The notes under the pieces were generated by a model, which saw only the letters and a program-made list of their open reading frames with translations, was not told the origin of the DNA and did not search any database. DNA of 64,000 bases, taken from the NCBI GenBank assembly GCA_951406725.2, contig OX597818.1:6386001-6450000 (forward strand). The letters run 5' to 3'. Below, in pieces: positions 42,996 through 58,515 of the stretch (within the stretch, counting starts at the first letter, position 1; each line of letters opens with the position of its first letter). Source of the DNA: Octopus vulgaris. Its lineage: Eukaryota. The position numbers were made by a program, and so were the translations under genes.

Positions 42996-45089
42996 ATATT
43001 GTTTCTATGAATTTGCGTTAAAATTTATTAACTCCTTCAATAAATGATTCAGGTAACAATTAAATATGTAAGAATGATTGATTTACCTGTTATAGAGTGG
43101 AATGTAAGTGTTTAGTCGTAAAATCTAGAATTTCGAAGAACTATGGATTTAAAATGCTGCTTGTCCTCTAGGGATTTATGGTACTTGTGATGTAAATATT
43201 CGATAATATAGAAGTGAAAATGAAAGAACCATTGTCGACATATTCATCTCAATTCTGCTGTCAATTGTAAAGAAACCTCTCATAATATTCTAGAAGAATT
43301 AAGAATAGCTGCAAGTTTATTGATTCACCGTTTAGAAAATGTAGTTTTGTAATACATGATTAAAGGAAAATTTCGAAAACTACATTCTTAATCCATATTT
43401 TCCGTTATTGTATATTAATCTATGCCTCATTTTCCATATATTTTTTTACCTCATACGATATATGGCGATATATTATAGCAATCTACACACGAAATAATTC
43501 GTATCTTTGTATGAAGGTATGCATACGCAAGTAATATATTCATAACAACAATTTCGGGAATACAGTTTTGGTGGGTTCTTTTTTAGAAGTGACAGATCGT
43601 AGACAGAATCAAAATCCTTTGTTGTTGAAAATATGAGATTTTTCTCTTTATATCTCCATCAGTAACAAAAATCAAGTGAGATGCAAATAAACTGTAGACA
43701 CGAGCCAGTACAGGAGACTTGAACTGATGATACGGAAGTGACTAACTCTAACACACATACAATAATTTACTGTTTTAGTTTCTAAAGGTCTATGTCATGT
43801 CTGCAACCGAGCATATAGAAAACGTGCCACTCAATGCTGTCCTTTTAAAGCAAAATGGAAGATTATATTACCTTACATGTTATCTCGTTGTCCGCTGGTG
43901 AAGCTGAAAATGAGACTGAAATGTTTCTCTGCAACAACACCAGTGACCGAACGCCTTTCATATTTAAGAGTTGAAGTTGTTAAAATAAATGAGCACAACT
44001 ATATATGTATACACAAACACAAGTTACACTTCTCTTTTTAAGACTTTCAAATTTCCTCTGCCATCCAGTCTTGTACCTACTGCTGGTACTTTTTAAGACT
44101 CTCTGTTTTTAAGACTCTCCTTCACATTTCCTTTCCCTTCCAATCTTATACTCTGCTACTGGTGCTACTGTGATCACTGCGAAACAAATCCCGCAAATGT
44201 TTTCGTTCGTTCTGGCTTTTACATTCGGAACGTTGCTGGGATCAGAAAATCTTGTTCGGTTTCCATATTTATAATGACAAAAACGTGCCCTCTTTCGCAC
44301 AGGTTCGACTCTTTGAAAGCTGACTTTCTGTAGCTTGGCGAAAGACTACCGTGTATATAGTGAGAAAATAGGGACAGATTATCCAAGCGGGTACCTCAGT
44401 TACAATCCAATTTATTACCTACTATATAGAGTGGTAAGGAGCTTCTAGGATTACCCGCGGTAAGCAATCCCAGTATACTTCATCCGATCGATAAATTCTG
44501 GGTTCTCTTCACTGGATTATAGTTTCCCCGAATGTATATCCAGGTCAATTACAATGATTAAGGAGTTTAATACATCTGTATATTTTCTTTTATTTTTACA
44601 GTCAGTTATGTAGCACATTTGATTTAAATGTTTCCGACGCTCGTTTCTGCTACATATACATCTCACAAATTGCATTTGCGCGCAGTTACAATCATCTAGT
44701 GATTAGTCTATGCAGCTTGATTCAAGGTCCAGCTACTGATTTGATCTCAAGCGAAAAAGGAGTTTAGATATTTGGTAGATGACTATAGTTTATGAGTGCC
44801 GAAGTGTGATAGAGGAATATTTGGAAATTTGCTATGACTGTAAAACTGCGATCCTGTTGAACCTATAATGACCCAGGGCTTGTGTTTTAAATGTATTTTG
44901 AATGTAAATGGGTACAAATACAATTTGCGCGCTGTCTATGCAGCAGAAACATATGTTGGATACATTTAAATCAAATATGCTGCATAATTGATTGAATTTT
45001 TTTTTTAATGCAGAGGCATTAATATCGTATGTATGTTTGTATGCATACATTTAAAACAGTTTGGATACATGAATCGCAACAAAACCGGT

Positions 45090-45410
45090 CATGCTTGAGA
45101 AGAACGATCGTAGGTGATGAGTGATGAAAAAGGATTGTTTACAACAACGTGCAATGAAAAAGGTGCTGGGGGAAAACGAAGCGCACAGGCTTTAATCACC
45201 ACAAAATCTGGTCAGTATTGGAAGAAGTTGGTGCTCCGAAATTGCGAGATTGGCAGAGTATTTTGCATAATGTACATCTTCGACAAAATCAGATATTGAA
45301 TTATTTTTCTCAATTAAAGCAATAGAAAGAGGCAATCGACGAAAAACGTCTAGAATAACCAATCGGAGGGATGTTGTCTTCATTCATGAAGCTCTAGACC
45401 TCGTGTTTGA
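45090..45410 (+). mobile_element. Mariner transposase core fragment, third family
   Basis: Frameshifted SDEK..VYNNVQ, KKLVL, EAIDEKR, NRRDVVF..RP, comparable to TGDEKWIVYNNV...KKVML...GVVFHQDNARP. Confidence 0.65.
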
Positions 45411-45589
45411 ATGAAATTCTGATCAAATATGTGAAGGGCGTATGTAAAAGCTCGCGGAGGTTATATGTAAAAATTCAACTATATTTTATAAAAAAATTAT
45501 CAAATTCATATGACAATATTTTGGGGACAGTACCACTCAACTTCGGTAGTTCAAACGGTATCTTTCTTTTCGCTTAATCGCACTATTCT

Positions 45590-46817
45590 TTCGTGTACCA
45601 GAAAAACATATTCACTATCGCATCTAGTTTTGTTTCTATCAGTCTTATTTTGACTTCTAAAATTTGTTTCCATCACTCTACTTCACTTGTGGGTTCTGGT
45701 CCGCCAAACACAAGCAGTGCCAGCTTTTCTTATATAATTACAATTAATTTCAAATCTGTACTTCTCGTCAGCCATTCCAATAGACTTATTTCCATGTCAA
45801 GCGCCCATTCTATGATTGTTTTTATATGTGACTGCTGCAGTTATCCTGCTGGAGGATATAATTGTTTCCCATCTTGCCTCTACTACTTCGCACGGCTCTC
45901 ATTTGCAGCCGCTAGATGTAACTTATGCTATTACACCTTCCTTTCAGCCAATCTAATGTAATATATTCCCTTGGAAAGACTATATTCCATACCATTATTT
46001 CACCTCCGGCCAACCACTTTGTGTTCAGCATCACTGGTTCATATTTCATCGACCAACAGGACCGGCCGTCGGGTCCATCGAACGTAAATCGCTTCTCGTC
46101 AATAAAAATTACTTACATAAAACAACAGAAGTTAACCCTAATTTTTTGCAATCTAAATTAAACTTCTTTTTCTTGTTTTATTTTTTTGCTTAAATGAATT
46201 TTCCTCTTGGCCTTTCTATACGTGTATCCAGTTTCTAACAGCATTACTTTAAGTGTTCGAATATTTACATCTATATCACCTTTCTCCTTCACTTTCGGTG
46301 CTGTTAACTTTTCTCCAGCTGCAAGTACATTAGACGATGTCATCATTCGCTTTTCTATTCTCTTCCTAAACAGTTATAGTCATTCTTTAACATATATTTC
46401 ACTGTAGATTTTGGAATCTTCAAATCAGCAGCTATTTTTACTAGGCCTAATCCATTTTCTTTCTTCGAACTAATGAAATTATTTCTTTAGAATGTAGTTT
46501 ACGTCCGTAAAATGTTTTTATTTCTCCAATAAAGAAAGGAGCCTTGATGGATAACACTTATTGCACTACTTCATGCTGCCTATGCATTAGAAAATTTGCC
46601 TAAAATCATTCAAGGCATTGTCGAAGGTGATGTTAAAGCAAGCATTCAGTTATGTTCGAAAAATAGTGTCGCGTAATTTTATCAAAATATGCAAAACGTG
46701 CTCGTAGTACAGACGTCTTACTTTCAGTCAAGAGATTAGCCACTCTAACTAGCTACACAAAATAAACTTTCTAGAAATAGTATTTTGTGGAGCCTAAAAA
46801 AAATTGCTGACACCCTG
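45590..46817 (-). mobile_element. Tc1/Tc3-like transposon remnant
   Basis: IFIDEKRFTFDGPDG (~46105-46060), QQDNCSSH and LEWLTRSTDL. The right end TGCTGACACCCTG|TA is TIR-like; no left TIR was found. Confidence 0.7.
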
Positions 46818-47843
46818 TATGTATGAATATTTATATATATATATATATACACGCCACTTCGTCATACAGGTAGACATACAGACACACAGGCAAACGCGCA
46901 CTCACACACACAAACACAAACACACACATACATACATATAGGCGTATAAATACTCACCAGGGATCTGTGTGTACGAAGATTATAAGCATCAAACAGTAGG
47001 CGATAATATAAAGCAGGCAGTTTACAGTAAGATTAAACGAATTATTGGCATCGTAAGTTACACATTTTTTCCCATAAGAAAGTTATTAAAAACTTCGATA
47101 AGCTGATTGTTCCTATCCGACTCACTGCTAACAACTAAAACTTCTAAACATGCTTATAAGTTCCACAATTCAAAGGCGTGGAACAAGTAATATATAAGCT
47201 ACATATGTTTCTGTACTAATTGAAGCTCATTGCATAAGTATTACACAAAACACTTCCACAACGGAGCTAGTGATCAACCTGAGATTACAGGAATGAAGTT
47301 TACATTGTCGCCTGGAATTGCAAACGGGTAGAAAAGTCAATAACAAATACACAAAGAATGCAAGTTTAAACAATCAATGAGCGCTGTAACGCAAAGTGGG
47401 ACCTAAATAATGGATAAAGTGGGTGTAGTTAAGAGTCAAAGAGCAAGAAGCAAAAGAGAAATAGAAGGAAAATAAAGAAAAGATAAAAAGAAGTGGCATT
47501 TTGTTGTCATTCTCCGGAACGAGGTGATATGCATTCAAGCAATAAAAGTCTTATAAACAAACATTAAGATACATTAAAGTGAACACCTAGTGTGATACCT
47601 TCCAATTTATATAAATAAATAGACATCGGGCCCCCCAAAAATTTAAATATCCCGACTATTTGTCTTGATATTTGAATTTTCTTATAGTTAAATATATTTT
47701 CATTATACTATTTCACGCGTCGTTTATAACTACACCCATACACATACGAATATACAATATGTACATATATGTACATATGCATATACACACATACACATAT
47801 GCATATGCAAATATACACATATATATATACATTTATACATATA

Positions 47844-48379
47844 TAGTCATACGATATGGTGCATATTTAAACACATAAGGAATCCGCTTATAGGAATTCT
47901 ACACGCTAGAAAGAACAGCTAGGTTCTATAACCACAAAAATTAGGGATAAAATTCGACAGGAATAAATGAAAAACATTTACCATCTAGTTTCCTGGACCA
48001 ATTGGTTTCTGATCTTATTTTAGCGAGTGTTGGCGGTTTTTATTACGGCCAGCGAAAGACTGCGACTGCGCAGTAAATTTTGAAAAAGTTAGGGCGTATA
48101 AACACGAGACAAGTAGTTTTGATTGTCCCCTGTGTATACGTTTAACTCTAAGTTGGAACCGCTGAGGAGGATCAAACCTAGTGAGTTCTCCTTGACTCGC
48201 TAAAATAAGATCAGAAACCAATTGGCCCAGGAAACTAGATGGTAAAAGTTTTTCATTTATTCCTGTCTAATTTTATCCCTAATTTTTGTGGTTATAGAAC
48301 CTAGGTGTTCTTTCTAGCGTGTAGAATCCCTATAAGTGGGTTCCTTATGTGTTTAAATATACACTATATCGTATGACTA
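47844..48379. mobile_element. MITE/foldback element with 185-bp terminal inverted repeats
   Basis: Arms 47844-48028 and 48195-48379 are near-perfect reverse complements with a few mismatches, mostly transitions. Spacer is 166 bp and the context is (AT)n. Confidence 0.92.
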
Positions 48380-48505
48380 ATATATAGTCTTTTTGACTAA
48401 TTTTTTTTTACACGTTAGACCACTGTAAATGTAAATTTTAATTAAATTCCATTTCCCTTTGATATGATTTATACACACACACACGCGCACACACACGCGC
48501 ACATA

Positions 48506-48570
<65 letters not shown>

Positions 48571-48589
48571 GACTCTTCATATTGTCCTT

Positions 48590-49540
48590 AAGGGATGCAC
48601 CAAAATCTGTAGATATTGCGGAGCCCTATAAAGCTAAAATAACAAGTACTAAAAACGTATTGTTTGAGTTGAACAAAATCTATGCGGTAAGCGAGTTGGG
48701 AGATGCACGTTTCTATACCATGTATCCATTGCAATCTGAATTGCTGCCATATGAAGATTACATCTCAAAAACAATCACTGCTCTCAAGGAAGATTGTCCA
48801 GACTACAGATTGTTGTTGTAAATGTGGCACTTGACATAATGTGTAGAAAGAAAATGCACACTTTCAAGACTGCTTCATGTGGAGAGTTTTCATTTAAATT
48901 AAATGGCTCAATTACCCGTCAAAATTACATTTACTGAGGACCTGAGAATCCAAATATTACATAGAAACACCGCGTAGGTTAACCAGGTGTCATATTATGA
49001 TGAGTTCATCATGAAAAGGATTAAGTAGTGTAAATACTCTCATTGATTTGAAATTGCTCTGTCAATCTCTCATGCCAAACATTCAAGCGGACTTTGAACG
49101 TGTGGCGATATATCTCCGGGAAAATGGGACACTGGAAACTGCTATATGTATTTAAGTGGCTACCTTGGTTAGATATTGTCAATAATTGAAGGGGTTGAAT
49201 AGGATACGCTCCAGGCTTCTCGGATTTCCCCACCAATGTACCTTTTCCTATGAGATATCTTAAAAGATAAGACTTATAGTACAAATCGGCAACAGTCGAG
49301 GAAATGAGAACAGCAATTAAATGAGAATGCCCACAAATAGCGAAAAATAATTCCTTGACGTTTGCGATTCCATTGTTTCGTGTTGACAGCAGTTCCCAGA
49401 CTGTGCTTGGCGTCGTTTTGTGAATTCATAAAAATATAAAATTCTGACAATAAATTCTATTAAAATCTAAAAATGAAATATATTTCCATAAACATTGACT
49501 TTATAATCATTCAATGTGTGTATATATATTTGAGGCGTGG
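48590..49540 (+). mobile_element. Decayed Tc1/mariner-superfamily transposon (rosa/DD41D-like)
   Basis: ALKEDCPDYRL, FKLNGSITRQNYIY*GPENP, GYAPGFSD and L*DILKDK..., comparable to ALNEDDPDRR...FKLNG..NRHNC.YW..ENP...PPRSPDL...LWG.LKDKVY. Confidence 0.6.
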
Positions 49541-49840
49541 GGCTGAGAGGGTATCTTGTGTATATACATGCATATGCAAACACACATACGCATATTTATA
49601 TCAGTAGAATTGTATCAAATTCATCAGTTCTCGCTTGCATGTTGTTTTCTATATTTTCATCCTTTTCTCTACCTTAGTGTGATGAACTATCACTGATGCT
49701 GCTAGAGAAGCAGTACCATTAAACCTAATCACTCTGGACTGTAAAAGCGTCGAAACTACGAGGATTCAGTACTAAATGGCTGATAAAAAGACTTCCCTAA
49801 TAAATTTATGCATGTAATCGTTTCAATATTTCACATCTAT

Positions 49841-50031
49841 TCTTAGCGGTATTTCGTTTTCCGTTATGCTCTGAGTTCAAAGTCCGCCGAGGTCGACTTT
49901 ACCTTTCATCCTTTCGGGTTCGATTAAATAAGTACCAGTTACGCACTGGGTTCAATGAAATCGATTTAATCCCTTTCTCTGTCCTTGTTTCTCCGCTCTA
50001 TGTTCAGCCCCCTGTGGGCAATAAAGAAATG
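49841..50031 (+). mobile_element. 5'-truncated SINE, same family as 30791, 16-bp TSD
   Basis: TSD AATATTTCAC(A/G)TCTAT at 49825-49840 and 50032-50047; CCGAGGTCGACTTTACCTTTCATCCTTTCGGG domain. Confidence 0.85.
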
Positions 50032-50884
50032 AATATTTCACGTCTATGTCGACAACTAGCTAATACGTCCTTTCTCCCTTGATTTGATGTTCTCTGTTCA
50101 TATTGCCGCAATATATTTCATTTGTCCTTACTTCTACTTATACCTCCTTGATATGAACGATCACTGGCGCAACTGGATTTAGATTATTATGGAATCTAAA
50201 AACTTTGGAATTTATATCCGCCGAAATTCCACCAGTAACGTCTCCAAGTCTGATTAGAAGCGTTTCCTGTTCACTTTCTCCTTTTCTATTAATTGCTTCC
50301 CCATTTTTCTCCGATTTTGATCACACACACACACAAACACATAAGGTATATACCTATATATAATGTATGTACATGCGTATGTATATATGTACGTATATTG
50401 TTGCGTTTGTGAGGGTTCTTTAACCAATATTAACAAACACACGCACAGGTTCACTATCAATTCTTTATCCTTAAATATCGAAATAAATAACTTATTGATT
50501 TCTTGTTTAATATTGTGGTTAAATAATCCATCGGTTGTTTGTCAAAGTCCTTCCATCGCTACTCGTAACCTTATCACTGACATGCCTTAACTCTTCAAAA
50601 GTTCTGCCTTGAGTTTTTTTATGGGATTATTCTTTTGCTTGCAGGTATGTATACTTAACTATGTGTATATAATAGATACTTGGCTACTTGCAAGAGAAAG
50701 GTGAGTTGAGAGTAAATGAGATGTATATTTGTGGGGATATGTGTGTAGTTACGTGTGTAGACTCGCATGCATGCGTTTGTGCGTTTGTGTATTTCTGAGT
50801 GTGTATTTCAGTAATTTTTTTAAAGGTCAGTTCGGTTTCAGAACTACTGGGAATTGATAAAAAGGTATATCTGTGTGTACCTTT

Positions 50885-50930
<46 letters not shown>

Positions 50931-51077
50931 CGTGCGTGTACACGCGCCCGTGTGTTTGTGCGTCTGTGCATGTGGTTTATTCTGCGTGTTGGTGTGCATG
51001 TGTCGGTTATGTGATTTTACGTGAGAATGTTTGAGTGGTCCAGTGTGTGTGTGTGTGTGTGTGCGTGAATATATATA

Positions 51078-51109
<32 letters not shown>

Positions 51110-51282
51110 AAATATTAGGGAATAAATCCAAATTTACAGGGAAAAATCAGATTTAGGATTAAATCCAATTTTATAGTAAAATATTATATAATATTAATTC
51201 GAGACAAAACCACTATTTTGCAAAACAAACAAGGAAAGACTTAATCAATACATAAAAATTTTTAATATAAAGAAATAAACAG

Positions 51283-51325
51283 CCACTACAATCGTTTCAT
51301 GTCTTCAATGACATTCGTCAGGTGG
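51283..51325 (-). ncRNA. Minimal type I hammerhead ribozyme
   Basis: CCAC-CUGACGA-AUGUC(AUUGAA)GACAU-GAAA-CGAUUG-UA|GUGG: complete core, 4-bp stem I, 5-bp stem II, near-palindromic stem III ACGAUUGU, GUA triplet. Confidence 0.85.
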
Positions 51326-51339
51326 ATTTTCGATCTCCT

Positions 51340-52760
<1,421 letters not shown>

Positions 52761-53099
52761 TTTTTTCTTGTATATTTATATATTTATTCCCTCCACCTAA
52801 CAATAACAAACTGCCTACCTCTTCTTGACCACCAAAAAGCAATTGTCTTCTAATTTACCTAAAATCCCATCCCTTATATCTGTTTCTATTCATTTATTCT
52901 ATTTATTCATTTATTTATTTTCTCACTGATTCTTCTCATTTCAAAAAACACTCTGGGCTTTTTGATCACTCCCCCTAAGAAAAATAGCTTGCGCCCTGTT
53001 TATCTCCTAAATACCAACCTACCCAAAACACGTCCCCCACCACCACCCCATTAAAACTGCCTAAATGCATAAATACCAGAACTTATTTTGACAGCCAGA

Positions 53100-53144
53100 T
53101 TCCTGAAGATTTCATCTGAATGAAACAGTTCTAGTCCTGTAGAA
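53100..53144 (+). ncRNA. Type I hammerhead ribozyme motif, slightly decayed
   Basis: UUC-CUGAAGA-UUUCAUCUGAAU-GAAA-CAG(UUCUAGUC)CUG-UA|GAA. Stem III is two changes from the palindrome ACAGGACUAGUCCUGU and stem II has a U-U base mismatch. AATAAA lies ~14 nt downstream. Confidence 0.7.
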
Positions 53145-53230
53145 GCTCCTTCTATAAAATAAATTACTTTACTCCGCTATGTATTGAGTACCTTATTTAC
53201 TGTGGTTAACCCCGACTCAACCCGGGACCT

Positions 53231-53329
<99 letters not shown>

Positions 53330-53504
53330 GAGCGAGAGAGAGAGAGAGAGAGAGAGATACATACATACATACAAAAATATATACATGCATATATACATGT
53401 GTACATAAATACAGGCAAAGAAGTATACCGGTATGTAGATTGATCTATAGTCAGATAGATAGAAAAAGATATATAGATAATATATATATATACATATACA
53501 CACG

Positions 53505-53536
<32 letters not shown>

Positions 53537-54229
53537 AGTATGCGTGTATGTGTGTATATGTTTGTATGTGTGCGCTTATTTATGAATAATTGTAAATATA
53601 CGCATACACACATTCTTACAAACGCACATAAACACACAAACTTATATATACATATAGTTAACTATCTATTTACGTTTGCAATGTAACTTCATTCTGAAAT
53701 TTCAACAGAACATATTTTATAATATAACTTTAATGTGAATGTTTATGTAAATTACTCTGAGGATGGGAACATCTGAAAATTTTAATGTTCAAAATATCAA
53801 TGTACACAATATTGATCGTGCATGTATGCGAAAATATTGTACATTGTTTTGTATATATCGAAGCAACATCTACCATTACGAGACTATATTTTTGGATGAA
53901 GTCACATGATGTTTCATGATATTCATCTTCCTTTTTATGTCATGTTATCTATATTCCAGTTCCTGTACTTTTGCAATGATTTAGAAATGGGATGTTTGTA
54001 TTTGTTTGGGGGAGAAGTGGTACTTCATAGTCTAAAAAGTACTTTCACGCTACAAATCAATGCATTAAATGTTGTTTTATCTCTATTTTCAGTTCCTTTC
54101 CAGATAGGTAAGCTGCATGTGACACTTATACTTTTCTTCTAAAGTTCATATGGATCATGTTAGTTTTTGCTTGGATACATTTCTATCGGTATCCTTTATC
54201 GACAATCAAGATAGAAGGTCACCTGAGCA

Positions 54230-54700
54230 GCCATATGTGTTATGCCGATCTATCTGATCCCACGCATGCAATGCTGTTCGGAGTGATTCTGTGAAATGAT
54301 GAATGATAGCAAACGCGGCTGGCGTAAATGTTGTATGTTGTCTTGCCTCAAATGTGTCAGGTAGTGTATTTGTATATCATCTGAAGTAGCTAAGAGGAAT
54401 CTATGGCCTTCGGGACTTGCTGAATGGTATGCCAAATTTACCTCGAATTCTTTTAGTAGTGCAGCGCGCCTGATGATTAGCTCTGTTCCATGATGCCAAC
54501 TTCACGAAAAATGTTGCTCATGCTTGACTTACAGTTTCCTTGTTATGAAAATGATGCTGTCACTGTGGAAGCCGCTTTCGAATTCTGGCGTCACATCCTT
54601 TGGAATTGATTGAATCACTCATCTACAATGTCTTAAACTATGACAATCATAGCAATGCCGAAAAGTTATTTCCTATTTGTGTCTAATAGTGAAAGAAACA
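54230..54700 (-). mobile_element. Possible Tc1-like N-terminal remnant
   Basis: ATSDDIQIHYLTHLRQ resembles Tc1 TT..DRYIRL.HLR; weak match. Confidence 0.35.
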
Positions 54701-56056
54701 GAGCATGAGACACGTTAGTTGAAATAAATCTATTTCATGACTGATCGCTTTCAACATTAAAGATAGATAAGAGTAATAATATTACATAGGCTAACACTAA
54801 CATGCAGTTACAACATTTTCTAACGATTTTAGCAGATGTCAATCTTTATGGCTATAATCGTAGTTTGGAATGGAAAAGCAAACCCTGACATATTTTATTC
54901 GGGATCTTAAAAGGAATAGGATTTAAATTGAAAATATAAGTATTAATTTCAATGTATCCATTTACGGTTAATTGACATTTCGACTAATTGCAGCCAGTTT
55001 CAAATAGTAGACCAGGATCGATATCTTTTACTTTTTCTACAGTTACAAATTCAATAGTCAATGATTGTTAGAATTAATTAATTATTTAAAATTTCCATCC
55101 TGATCATTCAGTACTTGTTTATATTTGGTCGTAACTCATTACTTATGAGTGTGGTGTGTGTGTGCGTGCGTGTGTGCGTGCGTGTGTGCGTGTGTGTTTG
55201 GATGTGTGTTTGTGTGTGTATATGCGTGTGTGCATGTGCGTTTGCGTGTGTGTATAGCAAAATAATAGCAATTATCTTTGCCTCTTCCATCATTTATTTT
55301 ATCAGAAAACACAATTCTAATTTTCCGAGTATAATCGAAAGAACAAGGCAATTTCACAAGATGCTACGATTGGTAATGTGTTACATCTCACTGTTTAACT
55401 TATATGGACACTTCAAGAATGATGCTTGTGTTTATCCAAAGACGCATAGAAACAGCAGATTAAATTCAAAGATTAAATTCAAACTGATTCTATTCTTGTG
55501 CAATTTTGACAACACACGCTTAAATTAACGCTATTTGTACATTTCTTAAAATTTTTCGTAAATTTATTCCTCTTCTCTTGTGTTAACATTATCTATTAGT
55601 TTTAGCATATAATGTTACTTCTGCATGCTGTAATTATAGGTTTGTCATTTAACATACCCTTGTGATTGATTAATAGAACTGTTTTGGGTATTAGAATGCA
55701 ACTTGCTTTTCATCATGCAAAGAAAGATTTCAAGGGTATCGATCTAATTTATTATAAATGTGCTTTACACCGCCCATGTGTTGCTCAGAATTTCTAAAAC
55801 CCATTTCCGCACGCAAAATTGCATTCGCAATATGCAACCTGCTTTAATAACTGACAAGATATACGATGTAGCTAATTTAGTATTTCTATCACGGCAAATA
55901 CAGCTTCATATTGCACATGAAGTTTTAGTTTTGTTTCATGTTCTGGTTCTAGAAAAATAAACTCTATATTATAATTGCTATATACAAGTGCATATAGCTG
56001 TAACTTTGAATATATCTATCAATCTATCATTCAATTTATTATTTATGTTTGTATAT

Positions 56057-56135
<79 letters not shown>

Positions 56136-56221
56136 CATAGATAGATATAGATATATCCACACACATATATATATGTATATATACACACATGTATATGTAT
56201 ATATATATATATGTATATATG

Positions 56222-56294
<73 letters not shown>

Positions 56295-56763
56295 ACACAC
56301 ACATTTATATATTTGTATATGCTTATGTGTGTGATTATATATGTTGTGCTTATAGACGGTACAAACTTGTCTCACTAGGTATGTTATTCCCATAATCTTA
56401 TTTATCTCATTGCAGTATTCTCAGCTCGTATACTCAGAATGATTACGTTTGATTCACTGATGATATGGTGTCACGCTAACATTTTTTATTTAAACTTACC
56501 ATGTCAAAGTTTAAAACATTTGATAAGTTATTACTTTTATTGGTAGTATCAGGTTCCTTTTGTATGTATTTTCCATCCATGACTATTCAAAATTGCATGT
56601 GTTTGGGAAATGCATGGTGTAATATGAATATACAAGTAGTGGTACATATTTATGTCCTCTCTTCATCCACTTCTTTTCTAATTCCTTTCCTCTTTCTTAT
56701 TCACCTTCCTTATCACTATATTGTTGTTGTTGATGTTATAATGTTATATGTTACTATCGCTAC

Positions 56764-58290
56764 TGTTATATTCAGGCGGCAATCCACGTCTTATTATCTT
56801 TGACTCGTCTATCGTGCTATCACTGATAGGTCTGCAAGACAATGACTTCGAAGTATCTAACTTGATGGTAACTCGAACTCGAATATAACACGTAATTGAC
56901 ACTGGCACCAACTGAGAACTTGTACAAGGACTCTACTACTACTGATCTTGTATGCGCCCTGTGTTCCCACAACAAAAATACTTTGCGTTTTTGAACAAAC
57001 ACTCTTTTCTCGGGTACCTTCCACTGCATGTCATACACGGGTTTATCTCCTGCTGTATATCGTGCTTTTTATGAAACACTTTATCCGACTTCCGACTCTT
57101 TTACACTGGTTTTGTCTGTAAACAATCTATACGTTGGATTTCATTTGTGTCGTGTCTTACTCATAATATCATATAACACTTTTTTTGCAGTTTCTCGATA
57201 GCTATATCCTAGTTCATTTCCGGATTTGCGAGAATTTTCGTTGTCAATTCTGCGGCCTTTTTAGCAGTAAGTCGCTCAGCAAAATTCAGTCTGGAGTTTG
57301 TTTATCTAGTTTAAATCTCTCACGCTCTCTGTTCACTTTATCCGCATATGTGGTAAAGTCTTCGTCATCGCTTTTCTCAGTGTTCCAACACTGCCAACGT
57401 GTGTTGAAAAACGTTGATCTTTCCCTAAACACCCTACATAAAATGTCAATTGTGTCCGTGAAATTTACGTCAGAAATTTTTTTTTAGGCAATATAAAGTT
57501 ACAGTATGTTTCGTGCTCTATCGTCGCCAGTTTCCTCAGAATTAGACTTGTTTTCATTTCGTCTGTCTAGTCCTGGCATTCTTTCCTGTAAATTTGTTCA
57601 AATCTACGGTAATATGCCTCGAAGGTGACTCCATCTTCTGGGTTATATTTAAATGCATTTATTGCATTTGCTACATTGTCTGGCGAAAACGTATTTTCCG
57701 GTTTGGTTAGCAATTTCATTGTAGTAGCATTTGTTACTGTAACAATTGGTGTTGTTCTTGTTCTTTGAGTTATTGTTGGTGCTGATTTTGCAACGCAACT
57801 AGACCTTCTCAAAAATTTACCGTTATTTTTCGGAGTTTTTTTTTAATATATGTACAACAAATATGCTTGTTACTCCTCTCTCGAATTTTTAATTTCTCCA
57901 TCTGAAAATTTTTTCAACCACGTTTGCGGGAATTGTATATTTTCTCGTGAAATAATTTTTTTTTCAACGTTGTCCGCGTCAATTGTTTATATCGTGATCG
58001 CCAGTGTTATACTGTTTTACTGTGGATTCTTGTCCACTTGTGTGTTATTATTGGCACTATACAATTCTTGTCTCAACTATTATGTTATGGTGGTATTCCG
58101 TGTAATAGCATCTTTGACTCGTCTATCGTGCTATCGCTGATAGGTTCACAAGACAATGACTTTGAAACATCAACGTTTACGGTGACTCGAACATGTATAT
58201 AACACGTAACTGACACTGACTTCAACTGAGAACTCGTACAACAACTTTACTACTACTGACCTTTTCAAACGACTGAATGTCTAACTTATA
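56764..58290 (-). mobile_element. Internally deleted Gypsy-type LTR retrotransposon (gag only)
   Basis: Homologous LTR blocks (TCTTTGACTCGTCTATCGTGCTATC...CAACTGAGAACT) at ~56798 and ~58110. LTR edges TGTTATA/TATAACA at 56764, 57178 and 58005. PBS-like TGGCGATCACG follows the 5' LTR. Gag motifs FKYNPEDGVTFEAYYRRFE, YCNFILPK and FNTRWQC. Confidence 0.85.
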
Positions 58291-58336
58291 GTAGCTCTGT
58301 CATACAACTTTTTCCCATGGGGTGTACCATTTTCAG

Positions 58337-58349
58337 TACAACAACAACA

Positions 58350-58411
<62 letters not shown>

Positions 58412-58424
58412 CACCACCACCACC

Positions 58425-58485
<61 letters not shown>

Positions 58486-58515
58486 TTACTATTATTATTA
58501 TTATTATCATTATTC
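58337..58515. repeat. (CAA)(CTA)n(CCA)n(TTA)n compound microsatellite
   Basis: Seen directly. Confidence 0.95.

Noticed and set aside
44109-44300. Cys-containing ORF resembling a piggyBac C-terminal domain
   Set aside because: Cys spacing is incomplete and no TTAA/TIR or catalytic domain was found.
53750-53790. CTGAGGATGGGAACATCTGAAA hammerhead-like string
   Set aside because: Stem II register is incompatible with the core and stems I/III do not form.
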